From positions 110,166-174,165 of the forward strand of contig NMRA01000368.1 in NCBI GenBank assembly GCA_002633005.1: 64,000 nucleotides of DNA, in the 5' to 3' direction. Of this stretch, positions 38,452-51,410 are shown one piece after another. Position 1 is the stretch's first letter. Each line of letters starts with the position of its first letter. The translations under genes and the position numbers were made by a program. Origin of the DNA: Phoronis australis. Its lineage: Eukaryota > Animalia > Phoronida. A model generated the notes under the pieces. That model was not told the DNA's origin and ran no database searches. It was given only the letters and a program-made list of their open reading frames with translations.

Positions 38452-39544
38452 GTAAGTGACTTTGTACTATGTTCACAAACTGGACATCCCGTAGAAGGAG
38501 ATTACCCTGCCTGTTCGGAATTCCCACCTCTTAAGTTTAATGAAATTTCACGTTAATTAAGTGAACTGACACTGTTTTGTTTCTTTTGGTTGAATGCCCA
38601 CTTCTTGATTCTTTATACTGATCTTGAAGTGAGGCCTGAATATCATTTTTATGTTTATAGTTCCCTCTATTTTCAATCAAAGATATTGTCACATATGTTT
38701 CTGTAACTATTAATATATTTTGAATGATAATGAAAACTTAACCTCGTTTGGAACATCAAAGGGTTATCTATATAATAGCTTTTCATTTTTTGCGAATAGA
38801 AACTGTTAAGGTATATTCGAAAAAGTTGAATTATAAATGTTGAAAATAGAATAGTCTGGTACGAAGAACGATTCTTAGCAACTTTTTTCATCAGTATTTC
38901 AAAAACAGATGTGACGATAATTTGCCGACTTAAACTGTCGATAAATAACGAGAGAAATTTCTAAATGAACAGTTCTGGCACACGATTGTTTGTCTAAGCA
39001 AACGAGATGACAGTGTTGTTCTGCTTAGTTTTGCACAGTTTTGACATTAAGGTGCCATTTTTATGCAGTAAATTAAAAAACCTCTTGTTGAAGAAGCCAT
39101 ATCTTTCATGTTGACGAGATACGTTGATTTAGGAATTTGTCCCGGGAATATTGTGGCGTGGTCTAAGTGGGTAACATTGTTTGGAGTTGAAAAGTAGATA
39201 TGGGTAAATGTCGGAAAATGTTTGATGAATGAGTCACTAGCTGCGAAAGAATAACACGCACATCAGCTTGCTATTTCGCGCCTTTGTTCTGTCTGCTGCG
39301 AGCTGGGCATCGTGGAACGTCTGCGAGTCTGCCAGGAGCAAGCGATTTTTTGTTTTCATTTTTAGGGAAATTGGAGAGTGGTAACCTCAATTTAAGAATT
39401 GAGGGTTACACTCAGTGGGGAATTCAACTTTCTTCCAAAAGCATGCTACATGTTCTTCCATTCCTTATTTCTGTGTGTTGTTTCCTCACTCTCTGTAGAT
39501 CACCCATTCTGTTCACGGTATGTTATTCAATTTCAATCACACAG

Positions 39545-39622
39545 TTTGTTGAGGGCCCCAATGCATCCAGCAGTATTGAGGACGATGAAGATTTGTTGTT
39601 TCCTAACACGGAGAGCAAGTCG
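39545..39622 (+). CDS. Acidic linker exon (FVEGPNASSSIEDDEDLLFPNTESKS); phase 0-0
   Basis: caatcacacag| ... |gtaagt; 78 nt, in frame with the flanking exons; NAS sequon. Confidence 0.75.
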
Positions 39623-39750
39623 GTAAGTTACACACACTCACTGGTGTAGCCTAAAGAGTGACTTGGGGGAAGCGTCTGGCCAATTAAGATGTTGTGTGTC
39701 CCTCCCCCACAGTCGTTTCCTTAGCGTATTCCCACTGTTAACCTTCTACT

Positions 39751-39764
39751 CCAGCAGAGGGCAG
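39751..39764 (+). promoter_or_regulatory. CTCF-consensus motif
   Basis: CCAGCAGAGGGCAG matches the CCASYAGRKGGCRS core; motif match only. Confidence 0.35.
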
Positions 39765-40266
39765 TGCAAATTATGCGGGTAACACTTTCAAAAGCCGAGA
39801 GCAGGCAACATGAACCACTTTGTCACATTTCAGCATTTTATGTTACTTTATTTCTGCATGCTGAGTTGGTGTCAACATTGGAAGTGGGGTGTCTACAGTG
39901 TACACAGTAATTTTTTCCACTTGTTTTGTACGAAGCGAATTGAATATATTTTCCTGATTGGTGGGATGTTGAAATATAGTGAATATACAGACTTTATGGT
40001 CGACCAGTGAAATTAACTGAGTAAACAAGTCTTGCCTGTTAAGCATGGGATATCCCATATAAATGGATGAATGAAGTTGTCAATTAACAGTGCTTAGATC
40101 TGATCTTATTAACAATGTTAAATGATGTGTACCAGTAGGATTAGCCATGGGACTTTACTTACAAAACCAGGCCATGTGTGAATTAGGTGTGGCAATCATT
40201 TATTTTTTTGTGAAATGTTGACAATAGTTTATATGGGTATTAATTTATATGTTTTTCTCATTGTAG

Positions 40267-40281
40267 GACCGAAAGAGAGAG
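40267..40281 (+). CDS. Candidate 15-nt microexon (DRKRE); phase 0-0
   Basis: Strong acceptor gtttttctcattgtag|, purine-rich GACCGAAAGAGAGAG, donor |gtaaag; preserves frame. Confidence 0.5.
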
Positions 40282-42196
40282 GTAAAGTATTAAATTTTGG
40301 TCATGATAATAAAAATCATTCAGTGTCGTTTTCTTGTCACTCTTTCTTCTTCACTATGAACTATTCCAACCATCTTTGTACCGAGTGTTGTTCTTAGGGC
40401 AATAGTCACTTAGAGGGAGTCCTGGATTTTGAGTGCCCGAGTTATTCCCCATTATTCAGTAGAGAAATCTTGTTTTCTCAAAATGCAGAACCCCTGTAAA
40501 TGACTATCATCGTTTTTAGATTTTAGTTCTAAGTTTGGCAAGCTTCACAATCACTTTACCGTGTTATTTGTTTTGCTGGTTCGATAAATTTCTTCACTTT
40601 TGAAACAATGTCAGTTATCATTTTTGCAGTGTCGAAACAAATTTCACTTGGGAGGAGATGATGCCTGTGTTTTCGCATGTGGGATTCAGACTTGTTTTTT
40701 ACCCCGATTGAGTCATCGGTTGGTTTTGTGGTTAATTCTGAATATGGTGCTTGTGTCAGTGTTGTCCCATCACGTTTCGACATCAACCAATATGCGATTG
40801 ATCATTTTAGGAAAATGTGGTTATGAGCCAACTGACGCACATTTCCTACAGTCTGAAGACCTATTGGGTCACACTTGTCCAATGCCCTTTTCAATTTGAT
40901 TTTTGGGGAGTGGCTTTTAAATACGGGTGATTTTGTATGCTTCCTCATTATGTTACAAAATTAGTGATTGGTCTGCATTTCAATTTTACTAAATACATAA
41001 ATCCACAGTTGGGATCTGTACTTTCTTAACATGCTAGACCCTATGTTGTTGAAAGGGGTATTTTAATGAGCCGTTGTGCATTGTAGTAAGTTAAATTAGA
41101 TTCTCAGAATGCAATAGATCATTATCCAAGACCAAATCAGGCAAAATTGTGACAGTTGAGTTAAGCTACCATAGTGAGTCACTGGATTTTTTTATGTGCC
41201 AATGATGCGGGGCACGTTTATCCCTGGTATCCGCTGGTATTCTTTTCAGTTTTAAATGGGAACATGACTTAAGCATTTATTATAACTAAACATGTTTTTA
41301 GTAAAAAGTCCATGGAATAAGTTGAATGCAAAACAATTTAACCAAAGCTATTCCCAAATGATATTTTTTTGCACAAAATTCCACCTTTTTTAAAAGATAA
41401 GGATTGTCAAATAGTGAAAACAAGGAAAAGGCCATTGCTGATAAATTTTCAGCCAGCTCTTCTTCACCTTTCACCTTTAATATTTAAAGTTAGCTCTGTC
41501 ATATTCCTGGAAATTTGTTTTTACTGCATTTTTGGCCGAAATTGTACCCATGGGTTAAATTGTCCTATCCATAGTGATTTACTGTATGTCTGAGACTATT
41601 CTATGCTTGTTTTATGCAAATGGGGCCTGTAACATGCAAAACGTTTCTGGGGCAACATCTACACGTGTATAAGTGGTTCCATTCATGTTGTGTGGTATAA
41701 CAGTTACATCTGGGCAGCTCAGTGGAACTGCTTTTACTGAGAGATGCAATGGATGTAATTTTGATTCGCTCTGGAATTTCGATGATCTTATGTTGTAGGA
41801 GGGCTGGCTACTACGCATGGCCTATCACTATGAAATTGCACTATGATTATGCCATAATTCCATTGCATACAGTAAAATCTCACCAATAGTAAAGAGTATG
41901 AGCAACAGCTGAATTTTTAAAAAAATTTTTGTATAAAAATAAATCTCACCAACTGAAACTAATGCTTTCCCCAGCGTGTTCCAGTTTTGTATGATATCTA
42001 CCATCACACAAAATTTCGAAAATTTCAGGGCACTTGCAGCAATGTTAAAGCAGACCCTGAAAAAGGAAAACGGAAATTATGGCAATTAGTTTTGTCCAAA
42101 ATTGGTTAGTTTTCACTGTACCTATTTAATGAGTATACCCCCTGGACCATCTCAGTCTGAATGCCTTTAGCGTAGTTCTGAAGCTTGCTCTACATG

Positions 42197-42337
42197 CATG
42201 GGTGGCGCACCATAGGGGGCTGAGGGCTATAGCCCACTTATTTCATGGTGCTGCGCCACCCATGGTCTATGGGCGATGCACCATAGGGTGGCTGGGGGGC
42301 TATATCCCCCACTTTTTTCGTTGTTGCGCCACCCATG
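42197..42337. mobile_element. Dimeric CATG-ended MITE with 5-bp TSD (hAT5-like), copy 2
   Basis: CATGGGTGGCGCACC..TTGCGCCACCCATG with the same two-unit structure; flanked by ACATG / ACATG. Confidence 0.7.
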
Positions 42338-42666
42338 ACATGTCGCATTACTTTTATAGGACTGGAAATCTCCATATTGAGGTAGTTTCATTTCAAACTC
42401 CATCATTAATTTTGTTTCGACGTATGTAGTTAAGCAGGTGAAAATTAATTACTGAAGAAAAAAATGATGCCCATGTCCAACTTTAATAGTTGAACGTTTT
42501 TGGCTCTAGGTTTAGTAAGATGAAGGTAATGCCAAAAATATTTTGCACTTCTTATATTTTCTTTGAGATAGTGTGCAATATTTGTTGCTTTAGTCTAGTT
42601 CACTTCAAACATTTCCGGAGGGCCTTCTCTAATCTGAGTTGTAATCAATCGTTTTCTTTCAAGCAG

Positions 42667-42972
42667 TTGCCACTGTCAGATCACGTGACCCAGGAATCAG
42701 TTAGCAACGATGCTTCTGCTCCTGAAGAGGCAGAGGAGGGCGATGATTTTCTTTCGTCATTTGGCAGTGATAAGCGAGACTCGGGACTTTCTTCCTCGTC
42801 CCTCTTCGGTGGGGACAAGGTTACCCCAAAGAAAGATATCTACAAAACATTTGTGCCCCTTCAGTTAACTGATACCGTCCGGCCTTTCCTTGGGACGGGC
42901 AGAAAAAAGAAGAAAACAAGTGGTGTATCCCTTTTTTCGAGACTTGCAGGAGACCTGGATAGTGACGACTTG
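42667..42972 (+). CDS. Ser/acidic-rich linker exon with a basic GRKKKK cluster; phase 0-0
   Basis: ttttctttcaagcag| (NAGNAG; alternative start 42664) ... |gtaaat; 306 nt = 102 codons LPLSDHVTQES..EEAEEGDD..GRKKKKTSG..DLDSDDL. Confidence 0.7.
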
Positions 42973-44369
42973 GTAAATTGACGAAACACCTAATGTCATG
43001 ACCTTAAATGGTTCTTGCGTCCCTCTACATCCACTCCAGCACAATTAGTATAACAGAATCTTAGACTTCCTATTGTCATTTGATTCACGCTCGTCAAGCC
43101 TTCTGGTGACATTTAGCCACAATACCACCTCCTCCTTAAGTCCTGTTGAAGTGCTCGAAATTTTGCTGTTGAATAATCTTGTTGCATTGTTCAACCATCT
43201 TTACTGGATTTCTAGGCCCCCAACTAATAGCATTTCCAAAGAAGTCGATCCTGTCTTGACCCCACCGTGCCCTCATCTTGACCTGGTCATGACCCTGTTT
43301 TAACCCCCATTGTGACATTTACACTGTGTTTCTGTCTCTGCAATCCAGACTTATTTGATTTCTGTTTGACCGTCACTGTTGGCCGGGCATGTGCGGGCTT
43401 TGAAGGTCACTTGACGGTCGGCGCTGTGTTGGTCTGCGGTTGGACTCCGCTATTGTTGTGAAATAACAACAGAGCTACACGTTATTTCTTACCTATTTAG
43501 CATACAAGGGAAGAAGTATGATTTTGCTGACAATCGTTTGCACAACGGTGGTTTTAGGCAGTCTGTCAAAGTGAAAACTATAGCAGAATGTAGTTTGATT
43601 TCGTCAAACCCTTGTGAAATTTGATATTACAGGCACATTGCATCAAAGTTGGAAATACAACTTCTTCAATCTTCATAACTTAGCCTTAAGGGCAAGTTTA
43701 ACTTTGATAGTTTTAAAGTATAATCAACACAATCATGTGAATTTTTGCCATGATCAGAACTACCATTCTTTGGCAAATTTCTGTAGTCTCTGAGCACTTT
43801 CTATTTCTCTATGCTTTCTGTTTAGACATTCACACCTTCTTGTATTTTACTCAAGGATGTATACCCATTTGAGATGTGCACAAACTTCTCGTGAGTTTTT
43901 GAAGTGTATGGCATCTTTCTGCCCGGCTATCCTGTTTTATGACATAGGCAGATTCATATTTTCTTTTAACTGGAATGTTTGTTATAGAACTAGGGTAAAT
44001 CTCTAGTAAATTTGTTGAGGCATCGTTCTTTTGAGTAATTTTATTTATCGACTTTCCTAAAGTAATGAAAAAAACAGTTGCCTTATTCTGTGTCACAGAA
44101 AATGTGTTTTGAATGAATTCTTGATTTAAAACATTTCTATAGAATATCGAATGTACAATGCTGAAGCTATCTAGGACTGTGCACAGTTTCACAATTTATG
44201 CAATTTATTAATTGTGTAGTTAGTTGTTGAACATTCTTCTTGCATCTGCGTGTGTGTTAACTGTCAGCATAGTGATATCTTTACCAATTGTTATGATATA
44301 GCACCTTGTTTGATCCAGCATGCTCACCGCCTTACTGTCAACCGCCCAGTGACCTTTGCACCCTCGCAG

Positions 44370-44402
44370 CTCGAAGCACGACCCCCTCCTGACCAAGAAG
44401 AG
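44370..44402 (+). CDS. Small linker exon (LEARPPPDQEE); phase 0-0
   Basis: cctttgcaccctcgcag| ... |gtaatg; 33 nt, GC-rich relative to its flanks. Confidence 0.6.
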
Positions 44403-47400
44403 GTAATGTGGTTAAAATTATGAATTGTTTGATTTTTGAGGGGATTAGAGAATGGAAATTAGAAAATATGTAGAAAAAAGGTACCCATGAAAGATATTAG
44501 ATGGGAAACAATATCACGTTGGGTATTACTTTTGTTGTTGCCAAGCAGGCTATAGTACCTCTCTTTGACAATGTCTTTATTATTTTTTCATGTTTTCATT
44601 CACCATTAAATCAACTGTTGGTGAGTCTCCTTTGAACATGGTTGGGAGTCGATTACAATTAAAATCAAGTTTGTTTCCCCTAGTGAAGCCCATTGTAAAA
44701 TATGTTACCTAATAAAGCAATTATTCTAATTTCTAAGCGTGTAATATTTTTGCAGCAAAAACGAGTGTATCCAACAATGAAGAATGGAAAAACAAGATAT
44801 GTTATGGTGAAGAGAATAAAAATTCAAGTACGGCCTTATCCAACATGAGAAATCGAATTAGAGTACCTCCTGAAACCATCCTCATTGCTGAGGCCCTGTT
44901 GAAAACATCTGTGTGAAAAAAATTCTGTTCTCAGACTCATGGATTTAAAAACTGTTTTGAGTAAATGCCACAGGGAATCTTCCGGCCTAGGGAAAAACCG
45001 TCTCACCAGCCTCAAAAAATCACTGTAAGTTTAGGGTTTGTAATGTCTTGTGTCAGCATCTCATGTTGGTGTTTTGAGGAATTTTGGTAAGAAGGGTAAA
45101 TATTTGTAGTACATTGGTTGTAGCCTGGTACCTTTTCTCTATATTGTATTTTCATTGAGCAAATTCTTCCATGCAGTTTGGGCATGGTCTCCACTTCCTG
45201 TTGCTAGGAAACTGTCACCCTTGCACTTCTGTCATGCTTGATTTACACTTATGTTTCCAGCATTTCAAACATTGTGTAAAAGAGAAAGCAAAAATCATTT
45301 GTTGGAATGATTTGTTTTTATATGCAAAACCCTTAGTTTTAGATGTAAGTTTTTGTTTTTCTCAAGAAATGAACAAAAATAGCAATGTGATGTTTTAGGT
45401 AATCTGTAATGTGAGCTTGTACATTTTTACGTAATATAGCGCGCCATTTTGTTAGGATTCATTGGGCTCGAGGTAAGTGAGAAAACGCTTGAAAATATGA
45501 GTGGAACAAGTAAAGTATAAGTAGAAAATTGACCTCATTTGTACGCGCGCTGACCAAATGTTCACCAGTTTTTTGTGCTTTTTATTTTGGTTATCGCAGT
45601 TGCAGATAACTGCATGTCCGGCCGTACAGTGACCTGGTGATCATGTCCAATATGCGTACTAATGACAATTGTCAATATTTCAAAAAATAAACCCCTGGTA
45701 AGCCTGAATATCGAGGTGTGTGGTGCATTTAACCGCTGAGCCAAAGTCGCCTAGGTCTTGAAATTGAGGTAGACAAACTTGAAGCTCAAAGGATTTCCAA
45801 TTACCGTAAGGCTAAGTTGCCGACACAAAAGTTTAATGGACGCTCGCTAACCAACACACGTATTGGCTAAGTATGCAATTTGAAGTAAGAGAAATTAAAC
45901 TTCAAAAAAATACCGGCCAAAATTCTGAGACTGACCTGCCACATGATTGTGCAAAGTCTTTGAAGATGAAGACTTCAGATAAACCTAAGCACAAACTTCC
46001 TCCATTTGTTCATGCTGTTCAAATTTTTGCATTTCCATCGATTGAACGTGTCAAAAACAGGCATCGTAGGCTCAGACCGAAAGACGTATTAATGCGCGGG
46101 AATAAAGTAATGCAAATTTCATAGGAAAAATCCTGTGTCTAATGTTGGTTACCTATTCAAGGACTAATTTTGCATGAAATAGGAAGCTTTGAAATACTTC
46201 GACTTAGTGTGCAGAATTCCATTATTGGATGATTCAAGTTTGGTCCTTTGGCACTGAAGAATTTCCGTATGGAAAAAGTAGGTCAGCCACAAAATGTCAC
46301 ATATAGAGGTCAGGATCTGTCTCTTAAAACTACAAGAAAAAGAATAGTTAACTTGTTGCATAGTATGACAGGCTGTGGTAGACTTCAGGCCTGGTAAGTA
46401 TCAATTTCATCAACTCGGCCATTCTTAAATGTGCTTGTGCAAAAGAGGCAAACAAGATGATAACCCGGCAACCGGTGCTCTGGGGGAATCTGAATTGTCA
46501 GTGAAACGGTCGAAATACGAGTGCAAAAAAATAAAAATTCACCTACAATATTTTTCTTACTCATGCGGGCACCTTAAGTTCAGGCATTTTTGTTTGATTG
46601 TCATTTTTTGAGCCCTGAAGTCTGCAAATGTGCCATCACTCGTGTTTTTGAGCGCATGATTTTTGCCTGTATCAAGCGCTTACTCAAGAACACAGGTATT
46701 ATGCATGTAGAACATTTTCTTGTCGAGAAATCAGCTTATGTGTGACCGAAGCAAAATCTCTTAGAGAATAGAACTACAGTAATCACTGTTTTTGTGTCAT
46801 CTAGAAATTAGAAGTTCTTGACTGTCTACTTTTTAAACTAAAACCTTAATGCTAATGAGCGTGGAAGGCACGGAAATTTGATTTTTTCTTATCAAATTCT
46901 TGGAAAGATTGTTGGAAACATGTGGATTGTAGTTTACCTTCACTTATGCTTATTTTGTGTTGTTGTGTTCTGCTGTACATTAAGGTTCGGGTATATCAAT
47001 GTTAATTTCACTATGAAAAAATAGCCCTTTTTATCATCTGAGTAAGGTGAGAACAGACTTTGCTTTTCAACAGATTGGGAAGCATTCATCGAGTAAGGAT
47101 TCCCACATAGTACTTTTAGAAGTGGTGTAATTTTTTATTGCTGCAACCTGACCTCGTTATTGCTGTAAATTAATTTGGAATGTTTCAGAGTAACTTTAAC
47201 ATTTTGAAATTCTGCCGGAGGTTGAATTAACGTTTTATCGAAATTGACAAATGATGTATTAAACTAACAGTATGGTTTGCATAAAGATGTTAATGTCTTT
47301 TAAAATGGTTGAAATCAAGTGCAGTAGCATAGATTTTTATTATCTGTGTTTAAAACCTAAATTACATGTTTTGTCTATAACTGGCACATTCTTTCTTTTC

Positions 47401-47405
47401 TCTAG

Positions 47406-47453
47406 GCGCAAAGGGCCATAGACAATGTGCTTCGCGCTACATCTGATTTTGAG
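47406..47453 (+). CDS. Small linker exon (AQRAIDNVLRATSDFE); phase 0-0
   Basis: Very strong acceptor ctttcttttctctag|, 48 nt open, weak donor GAG|gttttg. Joined to the next exon it gives DFEEGSGD. Confidence 0.55.
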
Positions 47454-47597
47454 GTTTTGCACTTTAATGTTTCTTTTTTGCATGATTGCATGGCCTGCAT
47501 ATTTAGTAATGTGAACCAATGCTCCGTGTCCTTGGTGTACATGTGTTGTTCTTTACTACTGAGAGATTTTTACAAGTTAAGTTTCAATTCGTGTTGA

Positions 47598-48245
47598 TTT
47601 TATGCATCCACATGTGCATAATATTATTGTGGTTGCATATTGCTGTGACATCACTGTCCAACCTGGCAGATGTTTTCCTATGAAGACGACATGCTTTGAT
47701 TGGATTTAACTACTGTTGTGCCCCATTCTGGCAATGGGTTTTAGATTTGCCTTGGTGTTTTCATGATCCCGTGACAGATTGTCATGAAGTTTGGCAAAAA
47801 TTATTCTACAAAGAAGTCGCTGGTGCCTTCCATCTTTGGAGAGATTTCAGTTATTCTGCCCCACATAGTGACCATTTTTGTTATTTCTTTGGTATCTGCC
47901 TCTTGGAAGGGTCGTTATGAAAACTGACAGATGTGTATCAGCCAAGAAAATCATGGTTGACATTGATTTTCAGACCTGCGATTACCATGGCGTCCCCATA
48001 AGTGGCAAATTTTCCTTCTTTAGCGGTAACTCCTTGACCCTTCGAGAATATTTATGAAATTTGGCAAGTGTATTCAATGCATAGCATAGTATATGAATGT
48101 GAGAACAGTTGATGATGATATTTGGATGGATCCGACTGCTGCTGTGCCCCCTTGTGGTAATTTTATTTTTTTAAATTTACCTCTTTTTGTCTTAATTAGA
48201 GTTCCATTGGGCAGGCTTTCATGAAATCTGGCATGTAGGTTTCTG
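47598..48245 (+). mobile_element. Helentron/HINE-like repeat, copy 2
   Basis: TTTTATGCATCC..TTATTGTGGTTGCATAT start, with repeated ATGAAATTTGGCA and GTGCCCC..TGG units as in 30504 and 63195. Confidence 0.5.
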
Positions 48246-51235
48246 CTTTGGAGATGACAACCCTTTCCATTTTCAGACATTTCAATGCTTTGCTCTGGTC
48301 TTGTTACAAAATACCAAGTCTAAAATTCATAAACTAGAAATGGACTGTGATCCTGCTACCGAGTTAAATTCTGCAGTCTTGTAGTTGTTAGGCTACTCAT
48401 ATGGACTTGCTCATTATAACCTTATACTGTTATATGTAGAGTAAGTTTCTCATTACTTTTAGAAGAAACACAGTTTTGACACAGTGGAGTTTTGCATTTT
48501 CCAAGACCTTTCCTACTCTGTAATGTCACTCCCACACTGTGTGGTGAGTGCCCCTATTTCACCGATTGGCAACTGGGGTTACAGCCATGTACATGTATCA
48601 GTTTGACAGTGATAGCAAGGGGAGAAAGTTGGCAAACCATCGATTATGTATTCCAACTATCTCATTGTCTGCGTTCATCTGATAAGCCAATATAATCAAG
48701 CAATTATATTTTAAACAGCAGGCTCTAATGGATATAAGAAATACTATTTCCAAACGAAGTTCCTGTGTATTGTGTACTGTCAAATTTAATCAAATGTGAT
48801 TCTAGATCAGATTGTGGTGTTTGTCCTTGGCTATAAAGGTCCCTGGGAATGGTACCTAGCTATAGTTTTTGGTGGTTATGACATTATAGGCCAATTAGAA
48901 CAGTTGTTCTATTTCAGCCTTGTGGTTACTATTTGATATTTATTTTAAACTACATTCCTACATAGTTGTAGGTTGTGACATCATTTCATTTGTTTGTCCC
49001 ATGGCTTACTAACTGTACCAGTTATAATTTCCTCTGCATTTTGAATGTTATAGTGATGTATTTTTGTTTAATTGTAACATGTTAACCGTTTATCTCCTGT
49101 TTTGTGTCAAGTTTCAGCTACTGAAAATAATGCGAAACAATTATCTCGTTATTCTGGATCTTTTTCTTGCAAGATGGTTGGCTATATCCTGAGTATTAAT
49201 TTATGTACCTCCTACCCGATCCCTTTATGATAGCAGACAAAATCTTGCTAAGTTGTTTAAGGTTTTCTGGTCAAAACTCTCATCTGCATTAATAGTTACT
49301 ACAAAATTCCACTGGGATAGTGCTCAATATTCTCTTAAAACCTACCCTGAAATTTCCAGATTTTCACTTTTAAACGCCCAATTTAAGTGCATTGGAGGTT
49401 ATCTCGGACAACCACAGTGGTTACATACTGTTTGCATTATTTCTAATGCTTTTTCAGTTCTCCTATTTCTTTCGCACTTCATAGTGTCATCCCAATCTTT
49501 AAGCATCTGATAAAAGTTTCTCCCCTGAGATAAATTCTAATGGTACGCCCCTGAATTGGTAATTTCTGTTTTTCATAAGTTTGAATCCTGATTTTGGGTA
49601 TTATGCCACTCATTATAACACAAGAGTAGTGCCAAACTGCCTGCGTTTCCAAAACTGTTTTCTGATTGAGATACGCAAATGATGCTGCGTATTTATGTGT
49701 TCTAAACAAGTTGCTTTGGAAACATGCTAACACAACATTAATATTTTGGACACCAGAGACTGCACTTGGTTCTTTCAACACTGGTCAAGGCATCTGATTG
49801 GTTCCTGATGATGACTTCCAGTTCATAAACCAATCAGATGCTTAGGAAGGTTGACCTGGCCTATTGAATCAAGCGCTGCCTGGGTGTCTTCGGTTTGCTT
49901 CTGTTTAACTTTTGTTCACTAACGCTTAACTAAACTGATCTCACGATGGGTTACGTTCCATAGCGCTGGTTTGCTACAAGATCGTGAAAAATCATAACTA
50001 AAGGATTAAGTGTACGGATGTTCAGGTACAAAATTTTATGAAAAATTCAACATTTGCTGGAAGCGTTAGTTTCCATTAGAATTTTAGTACCATTTTATGT
50101 TCACGTAACTATGTCTTTTTATATTTTATACAGTTTTTACTTAGTTCTGTCATCGGCAACAGGTTATAATTCAATTGATGCAAAATCTTGTTGATGAAAA
50201 GCAAGTTTTTCTGGTCACAAAGCTTGCTAGCTCACTAGCGTTTATTAATAAAACAACTGCCACTGGAGTAATAGGTCAGCAAAGCTGGAATGCATGTTAT
50301 GGGAGGAAAATTGCAATTTAAGCCAAGATATCCTCCCACGAGTGTTTCACCAGTATTTTACATTCAGCTTAAGGAGCGTACCCCTGTTTTAACATTGATT
50401 GCTACGTGCAAGAATATCAGTTTTCTTGCTTGTAGCTACGTACTATTGATGACAGTGTGACAAAAGTTTTATGAATGCTAATTAAATCAGTGTGGAGAAT
50501 ATCATGTGATATCCTTCACAGGATTCTTTATTTTTCTTTTGGTTGAATAAACTAACCAAGCTTAGTTGCGAATGTTAAGAACGTTAAACAACCAGTGCGT
50601 TTAGAACTGACTTGAGTGCGTGTTCTGAGTAGATGCAGTGGATCTATAGACAACTTACCGGTATTCATGCAAACGTTCTCGGAAATACCACCCCCTCTGG
50701 AAGTGACTATTGTCATATTTGTTTTGGGTAGTCTATTCCAGGATTGAGCAATCTTTAGTCTGAGGGTGATGCCAGTGGCTTTTCCCATATTTGCTTACAT
50801 GTATTATAATACTCTTATGTGTGAATGGCAGTATATACTTTTTGTTTTATTCCTAGATTTTTTATCGAAAAGTGTAATCCTTATTAAGTTGAAATCCTGG
50901 AATACGCTAAAATCTCGTGAAGATGTGACACGGTATGGCAGACAGATGAAATTGTGTTTATTAACTTTAAAAATGATATGCAGTACCAATAAGATGCTTT
51001 GCCATATTCAAGTTCTGTGCTATTGCTTATCAACAGACATTATTTTGAAAAAATATTTGGCATTTACACCTACAATACATTAGAAGTCCTTGAGAAATGA
51101 AAAAATTGCAATTATTTTTTGTCTGAAAATGGAGAGATTCTATCATACACCTTAAACTGACAGTTTGCAAAAACAACTTCAATCTGTCGTCGCCTTACTT
51201 GAGGTGTGATCTTCAATCTTGATTGTTTCTCACAG

Positions 51236-51410
51236 GAGGGAAGTGGTGACGCTGGTACAGACAGCGGCCGCCGAGGGCCCCCAGGACCTGCTGGTCGGAA
51301 TGGAGAACGTGGTCCAAAGGGACAGAAGGGAGATCAAGGACTCCCTGGAAAACCTGGACCCCCTCCACCCATCGTCCCACCACCCCCTAAATTCATGAAA
51401 GGAGAGCCGG
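51236..51410 (+). CDS. COL15A1/COL18A1-like: EGSGD GAG site plus first Gly-X-Y segment and Pro-rich interruption; phase 0-1
   Basis: tgtttctcacag| ... |gtgagt; 175 nt; EGSGDAGTDSGRRGPPGPAGRNGERGPKGQKGDQGLPGKPGPPPPIVPPPPKFMKGEP. Confidence 0.92.

Noticed and set aside
40600-40899. 99-aa ORF behind a good acceptor (tttttgcag)
   Set aside because: No recognisable domain and no convincing in-frame donor.
44756-44806. Possible exon QKRVYPTMKNGKTRYVM after ttttgcag
   Set aside because: Weak donor (GTGAAG) and no family support.
45440-45472. Possible 33-nt phase 0-0 exon RAILLGFIGLE with a perfect GAG|GTAAGT donor
   Set aside because: Poor acceptor tract, a competing nearer AG gives a frame-breaking 17 nt, and the hydrophobic peptide does not fit the linker; not excluded without RNA data.
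49964-50025. AG..GT bounded segment with an upstream CACTAAC branch-like motif
   Set aside because: Stop codons in all three frames.
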